A DNA stretch of 64,000 nt from an uncultured Clostridia bacterium (GCA_944388805.1 CALXKE010000001.1:48090-112089); one strand, 5' to 3'; shown: positions 12,026-22,892, counted from the stretch's first letter. Program-made: numbers and translations. The notes: generated by a model not told the origin, from the sequence alone.

Positions 12026-13075
12026 ATGTCCCTAATTGGACAAAAAAGGAGGAAGTTAAAATTGGAAGAAGACAGAATTATTAGCCCAGAACTAGAGAAT
12101 ACAGGAGAAGAACGACTAGAAAATTCATTAAGACCAAAAACATTAGATGAATATATTGGACAAGATAAAATAAAAGAAAATATGAAAGTTTATATAGAAG
12201 CAGCTAAAAAAAGAGGAGAGCCATTAGACCACGTTTTATTGTATGGACCTCCTGGGCTAGGAAAAACGACGTTATCAAATATTATATCTAATGAAATGAA
12301 TTCTAATATCAAAATTACATCTGGTCCAGCAATTGAAAAGCCGGGGGATTTAGCGGCACTTCTTACAAATCTTTCAGAATTTGATGTTTTGTTTATAGAT
12401 GAAATCCATAGACTTAGTAAGAGTGTTGAAGAAATCTTATACCCTGCACTAGAAGATTATACATTAGATATTATTATAGGAAAAGGACCAAGTGCAAGGT
12501 CAATCAGGTTAGATTTACCGAAATTCACATTGATTGGGGCTACCACAAAAGCAGGGTCATTGACAACACCATTAAGAGATAGATTTGGAATTGTGCATAG
12601 ATTAGAGTTATATTCTGTAGAAGACCTTACAAAAATTGTAAAACGTTCTGCCGGAATTTTAAATGTAGAAATAGAAGAGGAAGCAGCAACAGAAATAGCC
12701 AGAAGATCAAGAGGAACACCTAGAATAGCAAACCGTTTATTAAAAAGAGTTAGAGACTATGCAGCAGTATTAGGTGATGGGAATATTACTTTAAAAATCA
12801 CAAAACATGCATTAAATAAGCTAGAAATTGATGAGCTAGGATTAGATGAAATTGATAGAAAAATATTAGATACCATGATTGTACAATATGCAGGAAGACC
12901 AGTTGGAATAGAAGCCTTAGCAGCAACAGTTGGCGAAGAAGTGGATACGATTGAAGATGTCTATGAGCCATATTTAATACAAATTGGATTTATTGCAAGA
13001 ACATTAAGAGGAAGAGTGGTATTACCACCAGCATATAAACATTTAGGGTATCCATGTCCCAACGATGTCGCATAG
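12026..13075 (+). CDS. ruvB: Holliday junction branch migration helicase RuvB (likely start TTG 12062 after RBS aaaggagg)
   Basis: [12 protein letters not shown]..., Walker [10 protein letters not shown], RuvB sensor motifs. The last 3 codons and stop (DVA*) lie inside the family-2 repeat. Confidence 0.9.
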   Translation: MSLIGQKRRKLKLEEDRIISPELENTGEERLENSLRPKTLDEYIGQDKIKENMKVYIEAAKKRGEPLDHVLLYGPPGLGKTTLSNIISNEMNSNIKITSGPAIEKPGDLAALLTNLSEFDVLFIDEIHRLSKSVEEILYPALEDYTLDIIIGKGPSARSIRLDLPKFTLIGATTKAGSLTTPLRDRFGIVHRLELYSVEDLTKIVKRSAGILNVEIEEEAATEIARRSRGTPRIANRLLKRVRDYAAVLGDGNITLKITKHALNKLEIDELGLDEIDRKILDTMIVQYAGRPVGIEALAATVGEEVDTIEDVYEPYLIQIGFIARTLRGRVVLPPAYKHLGYPCPNDVA

Positions 13076-13131
13076 AGTTCGTTTGTTGACGCGACATTTT
13101 GTCCCAACGAAAACGTTTCCTAATACGACAT
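13065..13131. repeat. Family-2 repeat, 2 units; provides the ruvB stop
   Basis: atgtcgcatagagttcgtttgttgacgcgacattt + tgtcccaacgaaaacgtttcctaatacgacattt. Confidence 0.75.
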
Positions 13132-13186
13132 TTTTGAATGATAAAAATTAAAAAGAAATAAATAGAAGAGTAAAGGAAGTTGAAAA

Positions 13187-13753
13187 ATGAAACTATTATT
13201 ACATACTTGTTGTGCACCATGTAGTGTATATTGTATTGATACATTAAGAGAAGAAGGCATTGAACCAACTGTATATTGGTTTAATCCCAATATCCATCCA
13301 TATATGGAATATAAAGCAAGAAGAGACTGTTTAAAAGAATATACAAAAAGTATTCATGTAGAAGCCATATTTGAAGAAAACTATGGGTTAGATGAATTTT
13401 GCAAACATGTCATTGGAGATTTACAAAATCGATGTAAACAATATTGCTATCCAGTGAGATTAGAGCAAACAGCAAAATATGCAAAGGAAAATGGTTATAC
13501 CCATTTTTCTACTACTTTATTAGTTAGTCCATATCAAAATCATGAAGCATTAATAGAAGTGGCAAACCAAATGGCAAAGAAATATGATGTGGAATTTTTG
13601 TATAGAGATTTCCGAGTAGGGTTTAGGGAAGGACAAGCAAAAGCAAGAGAGTTAGGATTGTATATGCAAAAATATTGTGGATGTATTTTTTCTGAAGAGG
13701 ATAGGTATCAAAAGAAAATTGAAAAAGATAAACAAAAAGCAAATAAAAACTAG
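13187..13753 (+). CDS. queH: epoxyqueuosine reductase QueH (DUF208)
   Basis: LLLHTCCAPCS N-terminal cysteine motif and size (188 aa) are characteristic of QueH. Confidence 0.7.
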   Translation: MKLLLHTCCAPCSVYCIDTLREEGIEPTVYWFNPNIHPYMEYKARRDCLKEYTKSIHVEAIFEENYGLDEFCKHVIGDLQNRCKQYCYPVRLEQTAKYAKENGYTHFSTTLLVSPYQNHEALIEVANQMAKKYDVEFLYRDFRVGFREGQAKARELGLYMQKYCGCIFSEEDRYQKKIEKDKQKANKN

Positions 13754-13845
13754 TGATTTTAATAGAATTGAAGTTAAGATATAAGTGAATTAGTTTTTTG
13801 AGATTAAATAAATCATATAGGAAAAAGAGGAAAATAAAAGAAAAG

Positions 13846-15336
13846 ATGAAGGAAAAAGTAATAGAATTTATTAATTCAAAGAAAATAATCTTAATTGTTT
13901 TTGTATTGGCTACTATCATATTTGCCATACCATCTATGAAGTATTTATTAGAAAATGGGACAATACGAAACTTTAATGAATATTTTAAATTTTGTTTAGA
14001 TGATACAACAAGTCAATTTGGACAAACCATAATATATATTGCTATTTTAATAATATTAACAATCGTTTATTTCTTAATCGTCAAAAATAGAAATAAGCTA
14101 TTTAAAAATAATAAGCAGATGTATATGTATATAGCAATTATTTCACTAATCTTTGTAGTAGTTGTACCGTTCTTAAGTTCAGATGTCTTTTACTATTTAG
14201 GTGTGGGAAGATTAGATAGCAAATATGGTCAAAATCCATATTATGTAACAATAAAAGATTTTGTAGAAAGTGGAGAGAATAGTCAATATTTAGAGCAAGA
14301 TACAGTATTAGCAAAAGGGTATGAGAATGACTGGGGAAGCACAACAGTTGTATATGGACCAGTTTGGACATTGATTTGTAAGATAGTAGCAGGGATTTCT
14401 TTTGGAAATATTGATATTGCTTTATTAGTATTAAAATTATTCAATATAGCAAGTCATTTATTGAATTGTTATCTTATCTATAAATTAACAGGAAAGAAAT
14501 TATTTGTGCTATTATATGGATTAAATCCATATATGTTTATAGAAAGCATTGCAAATGTACATAATGATATATATGTTGTCACATGTATATTAGCATCTTT
14601 GTATTTCTTATTAAAAAAGAAAAATCTGATTGTTAGTGTTGTATTTTTGGCATTGTCTACTGCAATAAAATATTTTGCCATTTTACTCTTACCATTTATG
14701 ATTATTTACTATTTTAGAGACAAAAAGCCTTTAGAAAGATTGAAGAAATGCTTCTTATATGGTATGCTATTTGTATTTATAGTGGGAATTACATATTTAT
14801 TATATATACAAGATATACAAGTATTAAGTGGAATCATAACGCAACAACAAAAATTTGCAAAAAACTTTTATATTATCTTAATGGAATATTTTGATAGATC
14901 AAATTTGGTTACTAATGTAAATGCTGTATTTTTAAGTTTATTTATCATCATCTATTTCTTTACTTGTTTGACAGTATTATACAAAAAACAGATAACATTT
15001 AGAGAAGAAATGAGAAAAGCAGAATATTTTTTAATAGCATTCCTATTTTTGCTAATCACCAATTTTCAACCATGGTATATTATGTGGTTATTTCCATTAA
15101 TGATGTGGCAAAAGAAAAAGATGATACAATTTGTTGTGCAAATCGCATTGATAAGTCAATTTGCCAATAGTGTATTCTTAATCAATGGAGAAGGTTGGAG
15201 AAATGGAACACCATTTACATTTTTTATGTTGTTAGGTATTTTTGTGTTTCAAGAAATGTCGCATAGACAAACGAACCTAATGCGACATACCCAAAAAGAA
15301 AAAAAGGAGGACAAAAATGGATATAACAATCAATAA
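13846..15336 (+). CDS. polytopic integral membrane protein, possibly a GT-C-type glycosyltransferase; C-terminus extended through a family-2 repeat
   Basis: At least 10 predicted TM helices; RBS aaagagg before ATG 13846. C-terminal ...MSHRQTNLMRHTQKEKKEDKNGYNNQ is encoded by a reverse-oriented repeat unit and overlaps the next gene by 20 nt. Confidence 0.4.
   Translation: MKEKVIEFINSKKIILIVFVLATIIFAIPSMKYLLENGTIRNFNEYFKFCLDDTTSQFGQTIIYIAILIILTIVYFLIVKNRNKLFKNNKQMYMYIAIISLIFVVVVPFLSSDVFYYLGVGRLDSKYGQNPYYVTIKDFVESGENSQYLEQDTVLAKGYENDWGSTTVVYGPVWTLICKIVAGISFGNIDIALLVLKLFNIASHLLNCYLIYKLTGKKLFVLLYGLNPYMFIESIANVHNDIYVVTCILASLYFLLKKKNLIVSVVFLALSTAIKYFAILLLPFMIIYYFRDKKPLERLKKCFLYGMLFVFIVGITYLLYIQDIQVLSGIITQQQKFAKNFYIILMEYFDRSNLVTNVNAVFLSLFIIIYFFTCLTVLYKKQITFREEMRKAEYFLIAFLFLLITNFQPWYIMWLFPLMMWQKKKMIQFVVQIALISQFANSVFLINGEGWRNGTPFTFFMLLGIFVFQEMSHRQTNLMRHTQKEKKEDKNGYNNQ
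15256..15288. repeat. Family-2 repeat, single unit in reverse orientation, in frame inside the CDS
   Basis: atgtcgcatagacaaacgaacctaatgcgacat. Confidence 0.75.
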
Positions 15337-15961
15337 TGCAAAAGAAGTTTTAAAAAAATATTTGAAAGCAAATAAGGGAAAGCTATATCATTCTATAAGA
15401 GTGGCAAAAGTGGCTAAAATATTGGCAGAGAAAAACAATGTATCAGTAGATGAGGCGGTTATTGCAGCACTTTTACATGATATAGGAAAGTCTATGACTA
15501 ACCAAGAGATGCGCGAACTATGTGCTTCTAGAGAAGTGACAATGTATGACTTTGAAATTTTTCAATCACCAGGGGCTTTACATGGAAAAGCAGGTGCTAT
15601 TTTATTTGAAAAAGAATTTAATAGAAATAGTGATCCAGAAAAATTTGACAGAATTAAACATGCTATATCATCTCATGTAGCGGGTGCCGATGATAAAATG
15701 AGTGCACTAGACAAGATTGTTTATGTAGCTGATAATATTGAACCTGAAAAAGAAAAGAAAAATAATAGTCAAGAAACAGGGATTCAAAAACAAACAGAAA
15801 CACTACTATCAAAAATAGAAAATGGAGAAATAGAAAGTCTTGATGATTGTATCCAGATAATCATAGAAGGAAAAAAACAAAGAGCAAAGAAAAGAGAGGT
15901 TGAATGTAATCCTTTAGTAGATAATATTTTGGCGAATGATGATGACGAAATAAGCTTGTAA
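15317..15961 (+). CDS. HD-domain phosphohydrolase (YqeK-like)
   Basis: H...LLHDIGK HD motif; about 200 aa. Confidence 0.5.
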   Translation: MDITINNAKEVLKKYLKANKGKLYHSIRVAKVAKILAEKNNVSVDEAVIAALLHDIGKSMTNQEMRELCASREVTMYDFEIFQSPGALHGKAGAILFEKEFNRNSDPEKFDRIKHAISSHVAGADDKMSALDKIVYVADNIEPEKEKKNNSQETGIQKQTETLLSKIENGEIESLDDCIQIIIEGKKQRAKKREVECNPLVDNILANDDDEISL

Positions 15962-16024
15962 AGAATATAGATGATTCAAAAATTCAAATAAATTTGTGTG
16001 CATTAAGAAAGGAATGTGGAAAAA

Positions 16025-18727
16025 ATGGATAATTTTGTTTTAATCGATGGGAATAGTATCATGAATCGAGCATTTTATGGAATTATGGGAAGTAAGATGC
16101 TAACAACAAAAGATGGAAAATATACAAATGCAGTATATGGTTTTTTAGCTATTTTGTTTAAATTAATAGAAGATACCAATCCAAAGTATATGGCAGTGGC
16201 ATTTGACCTAAAAGCACCAACTGCAAGACATAAGTTATATGAAGGATATAAAGCTAATCGAAAAGGAATGCCAGAGGAATTGGCAGAGCAAATGCCTTTA
16301 ATTAAAGAAATATTAAGAGCTATGAATATCGATATTGTGGAAAAAGAAGGCTATGAAGCAGATGATGTTTTAGGGACACTTTCTAGATATGGAGAAAAAC
16401 AAGGACTTCATGTGACCATATTATCAGGAGATAGAGATACTTTCCAATTAGCAACAGATAATGTAACCATCAGAATTCCTAGAACAAAAGGTGGAAAAAC
16501 GGAAACAGATTTATTTGATAGAAGTAAAATAATAGAGACCTATGGAATAGAACCAAAACAATTAATAGAGGTAAAAGGCTTGCAAGGAGATAGTTCGGAT
16601 AATATACCAGGTGTACCTGGAATTGGAGAAAAAACAGCATTATCTTTGATTCAAAAATATGGAACTATTGACAATTTATATGACAAAGTAGAAAAAAATG
16701 AAGATGATTTAAAAGGAAAACAAAGAGAAAAAATTAAAGACAATAAAGAATTAGCAGAATTATCTAAAACATTAGGTACTATCAATCTTGAAGTACCTAT
16801 AGAAGATACATTGGAACAATTTAAAGTAGAAGAATGGGATAAGGAAAAAGTATTAAAATTATTTAAAGAATTAAATTTTAATCGATATATTGAACGTTTT
16901 CATTTAACAGGTGAAAACGAGGATAACCAAGAAGAAACCTATAAAATAGATTTTAAAACGATTGAAAAATCTCTAGAAGAAGTAATCAATATTATCATAG
17001 AACAAAAAAATATGATATTTTATTTGCAAACAGAAAAGGATGATAATGCAGAAAATATCATAAAAGAAAAAATAACAGGAATGAGTGTATATAATCCAGA
17101 AATCCAAGAAGCTTATTATATTAAACTAAACCAAGAAGAAATCGTAAAACTAAAAAATATATTTGAAGATGCAAACATAAAAAAGACAAGTATTAATTTA
17201 ACAAAAGTATACATTTTACTAAAACAAGCAGATATTACTTTGGATGGAATTGAAAATGATATATCTATCGGAGCCTATATTTTAAATCCAACAAATAATA
17301 AATTAGACCTTAAAAATTTAGCAATGCAATATTTAGAATTAGATATAGAGGAATATGTAGGAGAAGAAGATAATCAAAAGCAAATGACTTTATTTGAAGA
17401 AAACGATGTACAAAATGATAAAAAAGATTCAGAAAAATATACGTTGTACGCATATGTGATTGAAAAAATAAACACAATGATTTTACAAAAATTAAAAGAA
17501 ACCAATAGTTTTGACTTATATACCAATATTGATATGCCAACAGTAGAAGTATTATCTAGTATGCAATGGAATGGAATGTATGTAGATGAACAAGAATTAA
17601 GTGCATTTGGAGAAGAATTAACTTCACAAATTGAAGTTTTAACAAAGGTAATTCATGAAATGGCAGGTGAAGAATTTAATATTAATTCGACAAAACAATT
17701 AGGAGAAATCCTTTTTGAAAAAATGAAATTACCAGTTATTAAGAAGACAAAAAATGGATATTCTACAGATGTAGATGTTTTAGAGAAACTAAAAAGAGAA
17801 GATCCGATTATTGGAAAGATATTAGAATATAGACAATTGATGAAATTAAATTCTACGTATGTAGAAGGATTAAAACCTTTTATTAATCCTAAAACAAAAA
17901 GGATTCATTCATTTTTCCATCAAACGATTACAGCCACAGGAAGAATCAGTTCAACAGAGCCAAATTTGCAAAATATTCCTACCAGATTTGAATTAGGAAA
18001 AAGAGTGAGAAAAGTATTTAAACCAGAAGAGGGAAAAGTATATATTGATGCGGACTATTCTCAAATAGAGCTAAGAGTATTGGCCCATATTTCAGAGGAC
18101 AAGCACATGATTGAAGCTTTTAAGAATAATGAAGATATTCATAAACAAGCAGCTTCAAAAGTTTTTAAAACACCAATTGATGAGGTAACAAAAGAACAAA
18201 GAAGTAACGCAAAAGCTGTCAATTTTGGAATAGTTTATGGAATTAGTGATTTTGGATTAGCAGAACAGCTAGGTATTTCTAAAAAAACGGCTAAACAATA
18301 TATAGATGAATATTTAACAGAGTATGCAGGAATAAAAGAATTTATGGAGAATATTATTGAAAAGACAAAGGAAAAAGGATATGTTGAAACCTTATTTCAT
18401 AGAAGAAGATATGTTCCAGAATTGAAATCAAAAAACTATATGGTAAGACAATTTGGAAATAGAGTAGCTATGAATACACCAATTCAAGGAACAGCAGCTG
18501 ACATTATGAAAATAGCGATGATTAATGTAAATAGAGAATTGAAAAACAGAGGCTTGAAATCTAAGATTATTTTACAAGTACATGATGAAATGATGATAGA
18601 AGCACCAGAAAGTGAAAAAGAGGAAGTAAAAGAGATTATGAAAAAAGAAATGGAGTCTGCAATACAATTAAAAATTCCACTTGTTGCAGAAATATCAGAA
18701 GCAAAAAATTGGTATGATTGTAAATAA
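16025..18727 (+). CDS. polA: DNA polymerase I
   Basis: N-terminal 5'-3' exonuclease (LIDGNSIMNRAFYG), C-terminal family-A polymerase motifs (DYSQIELR, QVHDE). The 3'-5' exonuclease region looks degenerate. Confidence 0.9.
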   Translation: MDNFVLIDGNSIMNRAFYGIMGSKMLTTKDGKYTNAVYGFLAILFKLIEDTNPKYMAVAFDLKAPTARHKLYEGYKANRKGMPEELAEQMPLIKEILRAMNIDIVEKEGYEADDVLGTLSRYGEKQGLHVTILSGDRDTFQLATDNVTIRIPRTKGGKTETDLFDRSKIIETYGIEPKQLIEVKGLQGDSSDNIPGVPGIGEKTALSLIQKYGTIDNLYDKVEKNEDDLKGKQREKIKDNKELAELSKTLGTINLEVPIEDTLEQFKVEEWDKEKVLKLFKELNFNRYIERFHLTGENEDNQEETYKIDFKTIEKSLEEVINIIIEQKNMIFYLQTEKDDNAENIIKEKITGMSVYNPEIQEAYYIKLNQEEIVKLKNIFEDANIKKTSINLTKVYILLKQADITLDGIENDISIGAYILNPTNNKLDLKNLAMQYLELDIEEYVGEEDNQKQMTLFEENDVQNDKKDSEKYTLYAYVIEKINTMILQKLKETNSFDLYTNIDMPTVEVLSSMQWNGMYVDEQELSAFGEELTSQIEVLTKVIHEMAGEEFNINSTKQLGEILFEKMKLPVIKKTKNGYSTDVDVLEKLKREDPIIGKILEYRQLMKLNSTYVEGLKPFINPKTKRIHSFFHQTITATGRISSTEPNLQNIPTRFELGKRVRKVFKPEEGKVYIDADYSQIELRVLAHISEDKHMIEAFKNNEDIHKQAASKVFKTPIDEVTKEQRSNAKAVNFGIVYGISDFGLAEQLGISKKTAKQYIDEYLTEYAGIKEFMENIIEKTKEKGYVETLFHRRRYVPELKSKNYMVRQFGNRVAMNTPIQGTAADIMKIAMINVNRELKNRGLKSKIILQVHDEMMIEAPESEKEEVKEIMKKEMESAIQLKIPLVAEISEAKNWYDCK

Positions 18728-18782
18728 AAGGGGAAACTTACATGTTAAAGGAGAGGAAACTTTATTGAAAAACAAATATAAA

Positions 18783-19331
18783 ATGATAATAGGTACGGTT
18801 ATTGTGGTACTCATAATAGCCATACTATTTGTTCTGTTTAAAGATAAATTATTAAAAATATTGTACCCTAAAACATATAGTGACATTATATCAGTCTATG
18901 CGGAAGAATATGATGTAGATGAAAATTTAATATATGCAGTCATAAAAGCAGAAAGTAATTTTGATAGTAGAGCAGTTTCTAATAAAGAAGCAATTGGATT
19001 AATGCAAATTGTAGAAGAAACAGCGGTCGATGTTGCAAAGAAAAATAATATAGATATTGATACAGAAAATATAGAAGAAGAAATATTAGATATTGATAAC
19101 AATATTAATATTGGAACAAAATATTTATCAACATTATTAACACAATATGGAAATATAGAAGTAGCATTAGCAGCATATAATGCAGGCATCGGAACAGTGA
19201 ACAATTGGATAGAAAAACAAATCATAAAAGCAGATGGATCAGATATAGAAAATATACCATATAAAGAAACGAATAATTATGTAAGAAAAATATTAAGAGA
19301 CTATCATATATATAATGAGTTATATGGATAA
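18783..19331 (+). CDS. lytic transglycosylase (SLT domain) with N-terminal TM anchor
   Basis: AESNFDSRAVSNKEAIGLMQI...AYNAG matches the SLT catalytic motif. Confidence 0.65.
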   Translation: MIIGTVIVVLIIAILFVLFKDKLLKILYPKTYSDIISVYAEEYDVDENLIYAVIKAESNFDSRAVSNKEAIGLMQIVEETAVDVAKKNNIDIDTENIEEEILDIDNNINIGTKYLSTLLTQYGNIEVALAAYNAGIGTVNNWIEKQIIKADGSDIENIPYKETNNYVRKILRDYHIYNELYG

Positions 19332-19360
19332 TGGAAAAATCAACAAAAGGAGGAAGAAAA

Positions 19361-19936
19361 GTGAGAATTATATTAGCATCTCAATCTCCAAGAAGAAAAG
19401 AATTATTAGCATTAATTGTTCCTAAATTTGAAATTATTGTAAGTAATCAAGAAGAAACTTTAAATGCTGAATTATCAGTAGAAGACCAAGTAACTGAAAT
19501 TGCATATGCCAAGGCAAAGAATGTTTATGATAGAACTGAAGGTGATAGAATCGTCATTGGTTCTGATACGATTGTTACAAAAAACGGGAAAATATATGGA
19601 AAACCAAAAGATAGAAATCATGCAAAAGAAATGATAAAAGAATTAATTACAGGAGATAAAGTTCATGAAATTATTACTGGATTAAGTATTTTAATAGAAG
19701 AAAATGGTCATTTAAAAGAATATAAAACATATGATACTGTAAAAGTATATCTAAAAGATATATCAGATGAAGAAATAGAAAGATGGTTAGATACAGGTAA
19801 TGCGATGGACAAGGCAGCAGCTTATGGAATTCAAAATGAATTTTGTGTACATGTAGAAAAAATAGAAGGAAATTATACATCTGCTCTTGGATTACCAACA
19901 CATATGGTATATGATATTTTAAAAATGTTGCATTAA
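19361..19936 (+). CDS. maf: Maf-family nucleotide pyrophosphatase
   Basis: VRIILASQSPRRKELL...GSDT Maf signature; GTG start after RBS aggagga. Last codons and stop (MLH*) lie inside a family-2 repeat. Confidence 0.8.
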   Translation: MRIILASQSPRRKELLALIVPKFEIIVSNQEETLNAELSVEDQVTEIAYAKAKNVYDRTEGDRIVIGSDTIVTKNGKIYGKPKDRNHAKEMIKELITGDKVHEIITGLSILIEENGHLKEYKTYDTVKVYLKDISDEEIERWLDTGNAMDKAAAYGIQNEFCVHVEKIEGNYTSALGLPTHMVYDILKMLH

Positions 19937-19996
19937 GATTGTTTTTGTTTGAGAGATTTGAGACATTGTCGCATTAGGATCGTTTTTGTTTGTGAT
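19928..19996. repeat. Family-2 repeat, 2 units; provides the maf stop
   Basis: ttgcattaagattgtttttgtttgagag ... ttgtcgcattaggatcgtttttgtttgtgatag. Confidence 0.65.
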
Positions 19997-20164
19997 AGTA
20001 TCTTGAACAGAACAATGATAAGTAAATAAGAAATCTTTTTACAAAAAATGGTTGAAAAAATGACAATATTGTAATATAATTGTAACAAAATTGTAACAAG
20101 AGAAATATAAGGTTAGGATAAAAGATTATTTTTCTTATGGAATAAAAATAAAAGAAGGGAAGAT

Positions 20165-21181
20165 ATGCAAATGTTTAAATTTGGTTTTGGACAAGATGTA
20201 GGAATTGATTTAGGAACTGCAACTGTAATTGTATATGTAAAAGGGAAGGGAATTGTATTAAGAGAACCTTCTGTTGTTGCTGTGGATAATATTACAGGAG
20301 AAGTTTTAGCAGTAGGACAAGAAGCTAGAAGAATGCTTGGAAGAACACCAGGAAATATTGTTGCAACAAGACCATTAAGAGATGGTGTTATATCAGATTA
20401 CACAGTTACAGAAAAAATGTTAAAACATTTTATTAATAAAGTTTGTGGTAAATTTATATTTGCGCCAAGAATTATGATTTGTATCCCTTCACAAGTAACT
20501 GAAGTTGAGAAAAAAGCAGTTATAGATGCAGCAACACAAGCAGGTGCTAGAAAAGTATATTTAATAGAAGAACCAATTGCAGCAGCCATTGGAGCAGGAA
20601 TTGATATATCAAAACCATGTGGAAATATGGTAGTCGATATTGGTGGAGGAACAACAGATATTGCTGTCATATCATTAGGTGGTTCAGTTGTAAATACATC
20701 TCTAAAAGTTGCTGGAGATAAATTTGATGAATATATTGTAAAATATATTAAGAAAAAACATAATATCATGATAGGTGAAAGAACAGCTGAAGATTTAAAA
20801 GTTAATATTGGTTGTGTATATCCTAAAATTCAAGATACAGAAATGGATATAAGAGGAAGAGATTTAGTAACAGGACTTCCAAAAACGTTAACAGTTCATT
20901 CAAGTGAAATGTTAGAAGCGTTAATTGAACCAGCCATGATGATTGTAGATGCTGTTCATTCTGTGTTAGAAAGAACACCACCAGAATTGTCAGCAGATAT
21001 TAGTGATAAAGGAATTTACATGACAGGTGGAGGTTGTTTGGTTGATGGATTAGATAAGTTATTACAAGAAAAAACTGGAATTAATGTTATGATTGCACAA
21101 GATACGGTATCATGTGTTGCATTGGGAACGGGAAAAGCTTTAGATAATTTAGATGTGTTAGAAGGAAAATCAAGGAATTAA
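20165..21181 (+). CDS. mreB: rod-shape determining actin homolog MreB/Mbl
   Basis: GIDLGTATVIVYVKGKGIVLREPSVVA..., actin-fold phosphate motifs. Confidence 0.9.
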   Translation: MQMFKFGFGQDVGIDLGTATVIVYVKGKGIVLREPSVVAVDNITGEVLAVGQEARRMLGRTPGNIVATRPLRDGVISDYTVTEKMLKHFINKVCGKFIFAPRIMICIPSQVTEVEKKAVIDAATQAGARKVYLIEEPIAAAIGAGIDISKPCGNMVVDIGGGTTDIAVISLGGSVVNTSLKVAGDKFDEYIVKYIKKKHNIMIGERTAEDLKVNIGCVYPKIQDTEMDIRGRDLVTGLPKTLTVHSSEMLEALIEPAMMIVDAVHSVLERTPPELSADISDKGIYMTGGGCLVDGLDKLLQEKTGINVMIAQDTVSCVALGTGKALDNLDVLEGKSRN

Positions 21182-21267
21182 ACTAGGAATTTTATTTCTA
21201 ACAGATACCATAAAGTATTAAGATTTTTCAACCAGATTTATGCCTTGAGAAAGGAATACAATAAAAA

Positions 21268-22698
21268 ATGAAAACAGTAGCATTTATTACATTGGGTTGT
21301 AAAGTAAATCAATATGAAACAAATGCCATGACACAGCAATTTATAGAAAAGGGGTATGAAATTGTAGATCATACTCAAAAAGCAGATATCTATATTGTCA
21401 ATACTTGTACAGTAACCAATATGTCAGACAGAAAATCTAGACAAATGTTAAGAAGAGTAAAAGAATTAAATAAAGAAGCAATTGTTGTTGCTTGTGGTTG
21501 TTATGCGCAAGTAGCAAAAGAAGAATTAGAAAAGATAGAAGAAATTAATTTAGTATTAGGAAATAATGAGAAAAAAGATATCGTAGAATATGTTGAAACA
21601 TATATACATCATCAAACTTTAAATGAAAATAAAGAAGATACATTACATATAAAAAATAAAAGTAAAAAAATAGAGGAAGATGTAAACGTATCACAAAACA
21701 AAGAAATAACGGCAAATGCAGAAAAAAATAAAATAACAACAAACAGAGTAGAAACACAGATAGAAGATGTCATGAACCAAAAGGAGTTTGTGGAATTTGG
21801 AGACATTACCTTTACAGAAAAGACAAGAGCTGTTATCAAAATTCAAGATGGTTGTGACCGTTTCTGTTCTTATTGTATCATTCCATATGCACGAGGAAGA
21901 GTAAGAAGCAGAAAACCTGAGCATATTTTATCTGAAATTCGTAAAATCGCAAAAGAAGGCATAAAAGAAGTGGTAATCACTGGAATTCATATTGCCTCAT
22001 ACGGAAAAGACTTTAAGCAGGAATATCGATTAATCGATTTATTAGAAGAAATGAACGAAATAGAGGGAATTGAAAGAATCAGACTAGGATCTATAGAACC
22101 TTTATTAATAACAGAAGAATTTGTCAGCAGATTAGAAAAATTGTCTAAAGTATGTCATCAATTTCATTTATCATTACAAAGTGGTTGTGATGAAACATTA
22201 AAAAGAATGAATAGAAGATATACCACAGACCAATTTAAAGAGATAACAAAGTTGTTAAGAAAAACATTTGAAGATGTCATATTAACAACAGATATTATTG
22301 TAGGATTTCCAGGAGAAAGTGAAGAAGAATTTGAAAAAACTTATGAATTTTTAAAAGAAGTTAAATTCTATAAAATGCATGTATTCAAATATTCACCAAG
22401 AAAAGGAACCAAAGCCGCAGTGATGCCAAATCAAATAGATGGAAATAAAAAAGAAGAAAGAAGTAGAAAATTAATAGAGCTATCCAATAAGAATGAAAAA
22501 GCATATAATCAACAATATATAGGAAAAGAAGTGGAAGTCCTTTTTGAGGAAGAAAAAAATGGTGTATGGCAAGGACATACAAAAAATTACATATTAGCAC
22601 ATTATAAAACAGAGGAAAATATGGAAAACAAAATGATAAAATTACAATGTGTAGGAGCAGAAATAGAATATGTCCTTTTGAAAACGTTGTCTCATTGA
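21268..22698 (+). CDS. MiaB-family radical-SAM methylthiotransferase (MtaB-like) with a roughly 70-aa low-complexity insert
   Basis: N-terminal MTTase domain (FITLGCKVNQYET), CxxxCxxC radical-SAM motif (DGCDRFCSYCIIP), TRAM-like C-terminus. Stop (LSH*) supplied by a family-2 repeat. Confidence 0.8.
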   Translation: MKTVAFITLGCKVNQYETNAMTQQFIEKGYEIVDHTQKADIYIVNTCTVTNMSDRKSRQMLRRVKELNKEAIVVACGCYAQVAKEELEKIEEINLVLGNNEKKDIVEYVETYIHHQTLNENKEDTLHIKNKSKKIEEDVNVSQNKEITANAEKNKITTNRVETQIEDVMNQKEFVEFGDITFTEKTRAVIKIQDGCDRFCSYCIIPYARGRVRSRKPEHILSEIRKIAKEGIKEVVITGIHIASYGKDFKQEYRLIDLLEEMNEIEGIERIRLGSIEPLLITEEFVSRLEKLSKVCHQFHLSLQSGCDETLKRMNRRYTTDQFKEITKLLRKTFEDVILTTDIIVGFPGESEEEFEKTYEFLKEVKFYKMHVFKYSPRKGTKAAVMPNQIDGNKKEERSRKLIELSNKNEKAYNQQYIGKEVEVLFEEEKNGVWQGHTKNYILAHYKTEENMENKMIKLQCVGAEIEYVLLKTLSH

Positions 22699-22750
22699 GA
22701 TCGTTTGTCAATGCGACATTGCCCCATTGAGATTGCTTTTGTTTGCGAAA
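22688..22750. repeat. Family-2 repeat, 2 units
   Basis: tgtctcattgagatcgtttgtcaatgcgacatt + gccccattgagattgcttttgtttgcgaaatt. Confidence 0.75.
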
Positions 22751-22892
22751 TTTTCAAAACATAAAATGTAACAAAAATGTAACTATTTTGTAATGGATAT
22801 TTAACAAAAAAAGAAACAAAAAGTATTGATAAAAAACAAAAGATATAGTACAACTAATATAATAGATATATAGTTACAAAGGAGAAATTTAA

